From NCBI GenBank assembly GCA_025594325.1, contig JANHCV010000001.1, forward strand, positions 310,001-374,000: a DNA stretch of 64,000 bases, in the 5' to 3' direction. Shown here one piece after another: positions 58,501 to 64,000 of this stretch. The position numbers and the translations under genes were made by a program. The notes beneath the pieces were generated by a model. That model did not search any database. It worked only from the letters and a program-made list of their open reading frames with translations, and was not told where the DNA came from. Source of the stretch: Blastocladiella emersonii ATCC 22665 (taxonomy: Eukaryota > Fungi > Blastocladiomycota). The stretch's first letter is position 1, and each line of letters begins with the position of its first letter.

Positions 58501-60200
58501 GCCCGCCCCGTAGCTTTAGGGGCTCAACGTTGAACGGCTGCGCCACGTTGTCGAGCACGTCAAGTCGACGCTCAATGCCATCAAGTGCAGCGATGCTGAC
58601 GTCAAGCAGTTCCTCATGCTTGTCCACAGCAAGGTGGGAACGGGCACAGGTAAGTGCCGTGTCATTGACTCGATTCGCGACATGTTCACCGCCGCCAAGG
58701 GCTGCAGCTCACGACTCAAGATCTGTGCGCCAACCGGCGTAGCCGCGGCGTTCATTGGCGGCTCCACAATCCACGCCATGTGCGGTATTGGTGCGGTCGT
58801 CATGGCGACCAAGCCAATGAGCAACGATACCAAGGCTGAGCTCGAAACTCTGTTCCGTCAGGTCCAGTTTGTCCCCATTGACGAAATTTCCACAGTCGGT
58901 GCCGAGCTGTTTGCCGCGATGCACTTGCGCTTTGACGAGCTGTACCCGAGCCGCGACCATTGCCCAATTGACGGCCTGCACGTTCTCGCGTTTGGCAACT
59001 TTTTTTCCTGATCGAACCCTTCATGGCGCCTTCGCTCACGAGCCCATCTGGGCAGCAGGTCGAACGCGAACCTGAGACTGAGGTGGATGCAGCTCATGAC
59101 AGAGACTCGATGCAAGTCGACGGCAAGCCTCAGCAGCAGCAGAAGGAGCGCGCGTCGAAACGCAAAAAGTGGCCAGCGGCCAGTGGCCAGCAGAACTTGA
59201 ACTGACGCCAAGATTGGTGGCAATCAGTGGCTCGCCTTCGATTCAGTCTTTTTCCTCAACCAGCAGATATGGCAGTTGGGCAGTTGGGTGACGTGGGGTT
59301 CCTCGATGTGCTTAAGGACCTGCTCAACTGCAACGTCTCGCAGCGCGTGGCCAAGTACCTCTGCTGCTTGCGCCGGGCAGCGTTCGTGCTGGGCCAGCAT
59401 CCAGACCAGCTCAACGACTGGAGCGACCAGGTTCTCATCACGGATGGCGCAGAACTCGGTGCGCAACGCGTGGAACTCAATGGCCGTTGCAAAACACGCA
59501 CGTCGCCACAGACTCCAACCTGACGAGATTCTTTGACCTTGAGTGCGTCGATCTCGTCTGTAAGCCCTCGGCAACTAGACCACTCCTTTGGCGGCAGCTT
59601 GTCATTGAGAGCAGCGGCCAGAGCGACAGTGACCGGCGCATGCCCAACTTCGCAAAACTGCTTCCCTCAAGCATGAAAAACCACATCCCGTCAATTTTCA
59701 AGCTGTTTGCTGGAGCGCGTGTCATAGTAACCCGGAGCATCAACACGCCGAACGTCACAGCATCATATTCACCAACCCATGAGCGCGTGGACTCACCAGC
59801 GCTTCCTCGCTTCGCATTGTGTAGTCGCGTATTGTAAACGGCACCATTGGCCGAGTCGAAGGCCTCGCCACCAACGCGAATGAGGACATTGACACTGTCA
59901 TCATTCGGCCCAACGAGAATCTGGTCCGCATTCACAAACTAGCCATGATCCCCGACGGCTCTTTCCCGCTGCGCCACGAGATCAGGTCATTTCGTGCCAA
60001 GAACAAGGAGATCGGGATCCCAAAGACGATCCATTGAGCCCAGCTCCCTCTCGAGCTCGCGTACGCGCTGACGGTGCACAAGGCTCAAGGGATGACCTTT
60101 GAAAAGGCCATCGTTGATCTTGCCAACATGACACGTGGATCGTTACTGTCGCGCTTCCTGTGCATGATTCCATCACGTGTACAACGCGGTGACAACATCT
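55530..60200 (+). mobile_element. Decayed Helitron RepHel (right-arm copy)
   Basis: Mirror of 30293-34963; helicase motifs at about 58616-59011 and 60070-60120. Confidence 0.8.
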
Positions 60201-61389
60201 CCATCCTGCACGTATACAAGCCTTGAATCCGAACGCTGGATCAACCCTTGTTTGCCGAGTACGCACAACTGCAAGGTCTGATCCATCTTTGAAGTTCAGC
60301 CGGCTTGGCAGCCAGCCTAGTCGCCTACTGCTGAGACAGAGTACGTAACGCGCACACCCCTAGTTGATACTGGTCCCGCGCCAGAAGCCCCGCTGAATCA
60401 GGTTGGGGAGGTGGCCGCGGCAAGGTCCAGGCCGTCCCGCCCAGATGCGCAAACGACGCGCTGGCAAACTCGGGATTTGTTCCGCGCCAGAGTAGAGATT
60501 TTCGAAAGCGCTTCTCTCGGGCCACATAATGGTATCAAGATGAACCGTGTGCAGCACTGTGGCAGGTAGCCCGTTTGGACTCCGACTCAGTGGGCATCAG
60601 GGGTCAGGCGCAAGTCGGCGGCACTGCGCAGGCACATCAGGAAAAAATGCTTAATCTACATGATGTGAAATAGAAACGTACGATGGCCGCCGATCTAAGT
60701 CTTAATTGTACTTGGGCGCACAAGGCGCCCGTGGAGCGGGGCGAAAGCCCTCCAAGACCGAGTATTTGGTGCCAGGCAACAGCGAGCACAAAATGAATAA
60801 CACTTGACGAAATATGTTTGAATGAGCTTAATAAAGTGTTCATGGTCAAGGTGATGATATGATTAAAAGTGCCTGAGTCGCCAAGCGAGGACTGAGACGA
60901 GCGGCACTCACTTGTCCAATCAGCTTCTCAACTACTCACCAAAAAAAAACTTACGTTAAACTGTACAGTAATATTACCCGGTAATCATCATCTGATGAAT
61001 ATGAGAGCAATCCAAATGAAAGTGAGCAGAGATCGCTCCAAACGAGCTAGTGACGGTTGAGCGGTTGACTTACTACACTTTGAGGCATGCCGCAGCTATT
61101 TCATTGGCATCGACCGATGGCCACCACCCCCAGACCCTCGATCCCACCTAGTTGAAGCCGGGTGTGTCGGGTGTAGAGTTGGCGGGGTAGCCCGGATGGT
61201 GGTTGCTGTTTACCAGGTCGCGCGTGTCGCGGCCTTGCGCTTCTGTCGACCGTACCAATAGCCCCTATCTCTAACAACTCGACGCAACTGTTTTCAAACA
61301 GATCATTGAAGCTGAAGCTCACTGTTTACGATGAGGCAAGTTTCGAGCTGGTTCAATTCGGTGCCATTGTTCCTGGGCCGCCCAAAGTC

Positions 61390-61493
61390 GCTCCCCCGCT
61401 CCCCCGCTCCCCCGCTCCCCCGCTCCCCCGCTCCCCCGCTCCCCCGCTCCCCCGCTCCCCCGCTCCCCCGCTCCCCCGCTCCCCCGCTCCCCC
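61390..61493 (-). repeat. (GGGGGAGC)13 mirror copy
   Basis: Reads (GCTCCCCC)13 on the plus strand. Confidence 0.95.
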
Positions 61494-62530
61494 ACTCCCA
61501 GCGCTGGATTTTACCGAGCTCGCGCCTCGCCAGTACGAGCAGCTGGCCCTCGCGCAGGACTATCCGAAGCCATTGAGCTCGTTGTAGTTGGTCTTTAGGT
61601 GATTTTGGGTGGCGGGGGTTCGCCGTCTTTGACTGGAGCCGGCGGAAGCCCGCCATCGCGTCGGCCATCTCTCGCTTGGCCAGCACTGCAAGTGGTGCGG
61701 CGCGACCCACACCTGGATAGAGCGCGACGAGGCAAGCAAGGCTGCACCGTTCTTGCGAGCACTTACAAGACCTGCGTGATCAAACCGAGGCGGAAACGCG
61801 CCAGGGCATTTCCAGTGGACAAAAGCACGGCGCGCCAAGTCAAGGCGCCAGACCCCTCTCTGCGTTGGCCACCCCACGGTGCGCCATCATGTGACGTCTT
61901 TGCCGACTTCGGAGAAGGGTGTAGCACTGAGGCGAGGCGCGCGCTCGTGCGAGACGCGAGACGCGAGACGCGAGACGCGCGACGTGTGAGACGCGACGAT
62001 CAAACACGTGGGGGAGGTCAGGGTGGCGGCGCCACACGCTCGGCGCCTCCCTTCGCTCGCGAGAGCCCGCCTTGCGTCGCAGACTCGCTGCCTGCTCTGA
62101 CTGCGCGGATGAAGTAGACGGCCCACTGAAATGGACCGACCAGACACAGAATCAGATCGAGCAAGCGAGCGAGCGTGCCGCTAGCGTCGCGGTCCGTGGG
62201 TTCTGCGGGTTCCAGCTGCGCCGGCGCCAGGCGCGCCTGGTCTCGTTCCAAGTCATCGGGCTCTTCTGTCATCGCGAGCGGTGCGAGCGATGCGACCGGT
62301 GGGCCATGGCGCGCTTCCGCGCGAGCGCGTCTCGCACGCCGGCGGGCTCCCACGGTCGCGCCGTTCCCACGCGTCGACGCGTTTCGTCTTCGCCGAGTCG
62401 CCGTGTCGGTCGCTGCGCATCCTCCCTCTCCCTCCTCGTCGCCCCGCCATCTAACGGGCTGCGTTCGCACTTGCACTCTCCTCGAGCCCTCCATAGATAC
62501 TCGCCCCGTCACCTTCTGGCCTTGCACACG

Positions 62531-64000
62531 ATGTCGATGGTACCGCCGCCCCCTCCCCCCGCCGCCTCCACCACCCACCACCCGCCTCGGCCGCTGACCA
62601 CGCGCCCTTCCCCATGTAGCCGGAGCCCTCGCACAAGAAGCGCCGGTGCGGCAGCAACCGCCCGCTCGGTACCGACGAGCCCTCGGCGTCCGACGCGCCC
62701 GTCGGTGCGCAGCTCGCGATGCCGCCGCCGCCGCCGCCCCCATCCGCTGCTCCTCCCGGCGCCGGCAGCAACACGGACCACGCCCAGCAGACATGGGATC
62801 TAGTCCATGGCGCCCTGCCGACGATGCGCGACGACGATGCCGACGCCGACGCCGCGGCGTGCCGGTCCGCCGTCTCGCGCCTCGCCGGCTGGGCCGCGGG
62901 GATGCTGCGCGACCCCGCCGTCGACCAGCTCGTCGCCGGCAGTGCCGCAGGCGACCACGGTCCAGAGCAGCGCGCGGCGCGCGCCCTCCCGCTCGTCCTC
63001 GCCGCCATTGACCGCGCGTGCGGCGTGCCCGGCGTGCCCGGCGCCCTGCCCATCGCCTCCGACCCCGCGGTCACGGTGCTCGTGACGCTCCTACAACTTC
63101 CCGTCCTCCTCGTCGCCGCCGCCCCGCCCGGCAACCGCCCCACCAGCAAGCCCGCGAAGGCCACCGCGGGCCGCCTGCTCTCCGAGCTCAAGGGCCTGCT
63201 CGCCGCGGTGCGCGCCACGGCCCCGTGGCTGCTCACCCACCTCGCCCTGCCTGTGCCGACCTGGACGGGCCTCGTCAAGCTCGGCGACCACCCGGCCGCC
63301 TGCCTCGACGCCCACTGGACCGCGGACCCCGCGCACGGCCCGCCCACCCTCGTCGCCCTCGACTTCCTCACCATCGTCGCCGGGTTCACGTGGAGCCCCG
63401 ACGCGCTCAACGCCCTCCTCGAGTCGCCGCGCCCCCGCGGCCACCGCCCGATCGGCGACCTGTTCCTCAACGAGGCCATCTTCGCGCGCATCCTCGCCGA
63501 CATTGCCGCGCTGACGGCGGCCCAGCGCGCCGGCTCCGCGTCGGGCGCCGACGCGGTGCTGCAGGTGCTGGCCCTCCTCGCCGGCACCGGCTGGCCCAAC
63601 GCGGCGGCGAACCCGGACCACGCCGAGGACCTCGACAAGTCGCTGGCGTGCAACGACGGGCTCGTTTGGCAGCTCGCTTCTTCCCGTGCCTGCACGCTCC
63701 TCGGCCCGCGCTCGTGGGCCACGGTCGTGCGCCTGGATCTCGCCACCGACGGGGCCAGCCCCACCCAGCACGGGCTGCAGCTCATGCAGGGCCACATCAA
63801 GCGGTCGCCCGAGGACTGGCCATCGACGCTCGGTATCGGTACGCGCGCGCGCCTTCAGCAGCAGCAGCAGCAGCAGCAGTGGCGGCGGCGGGTCCTGCCC
63901 TCCCGCTCGGCCACTCGCTCGCTACTCGGGGGTTCCCTTTCACTGACTCGCACCATCATCCCCCTTTCATCCCCCGCATAGCGATTGTGTCGGCGCTTCT
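62531..64000 (+). CDS. Second copy of the hypothetical 814-aa gene (3'-truncated by window; introns 62540-62619, 63839-63981)
   Basis: Mirror of 27962-26493 with identical ORF translations. Confidence 0.7.

Larger units (their letters stand above)
53790..64000. repeat. Right arm of giant inverted repeat (runs off the window)
   Basis: Reverse complement of 26493-36703; begins at the base after the 3' LTR. Confidence 0.97.

Noticed and set aside
60300-61060. CTAG|T sites as Helitron 3' ends (about 60317, 60360, 61037)
   Set aside because: None has a convincing GC-rich hairpin about 10-12 nt upstream.

Overview
Eukaryotic, GC-rich, intron-containing fungal-type DNA. Host introns are short (about 55-80 nt), mostly with GTACG donors and YAG acceptors. 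An early-diverging fungus such as a blastoclad is plausible, but this is inference only. The left part (1-28 kb) is a gene birth-and-death region. It holds two tandem cytochrome P450 genes (the second hit at a splice acceptor by a complete PIF/Harbinger transposon) and four BTB/POZ paralogs arranged as a duplicated pair around a decayed KDM2/JHD1-like JmjC gene. A P450 relic, an intronless subtilisin and an orphan 814-aa gene follow. The right part is dominated by a near-perfect inverted repeat of at least 10.2 kb (26493-36703 vs 53790-64000; paired coordinates sum to 90493) containing a decayed Helitron RepHel. The 17-kb spacer holds MITE-like elements, a 1.6-kb long-TIR element with a 5-bp TSD and a Ty1/copia retrotransposon (46071-53789). 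The copia element is the most unusual object. Its LTRs end AGTT...AACT instead of TGTT...AACA, it has a Ty5-type half-tRNA PBS and a candidate intron splitting the gag ATG. It also has a textbook -1 frameshift signal (G GGA AAC, 6-nt spacer, 9-bp GC-rich stem) between gag and pol. Its integrase core is deleted, it lacks a TSD, and its 3' LTR ends exactly where the inverted-repeat arm begins. All alignments were done by eye; no database searches were run.
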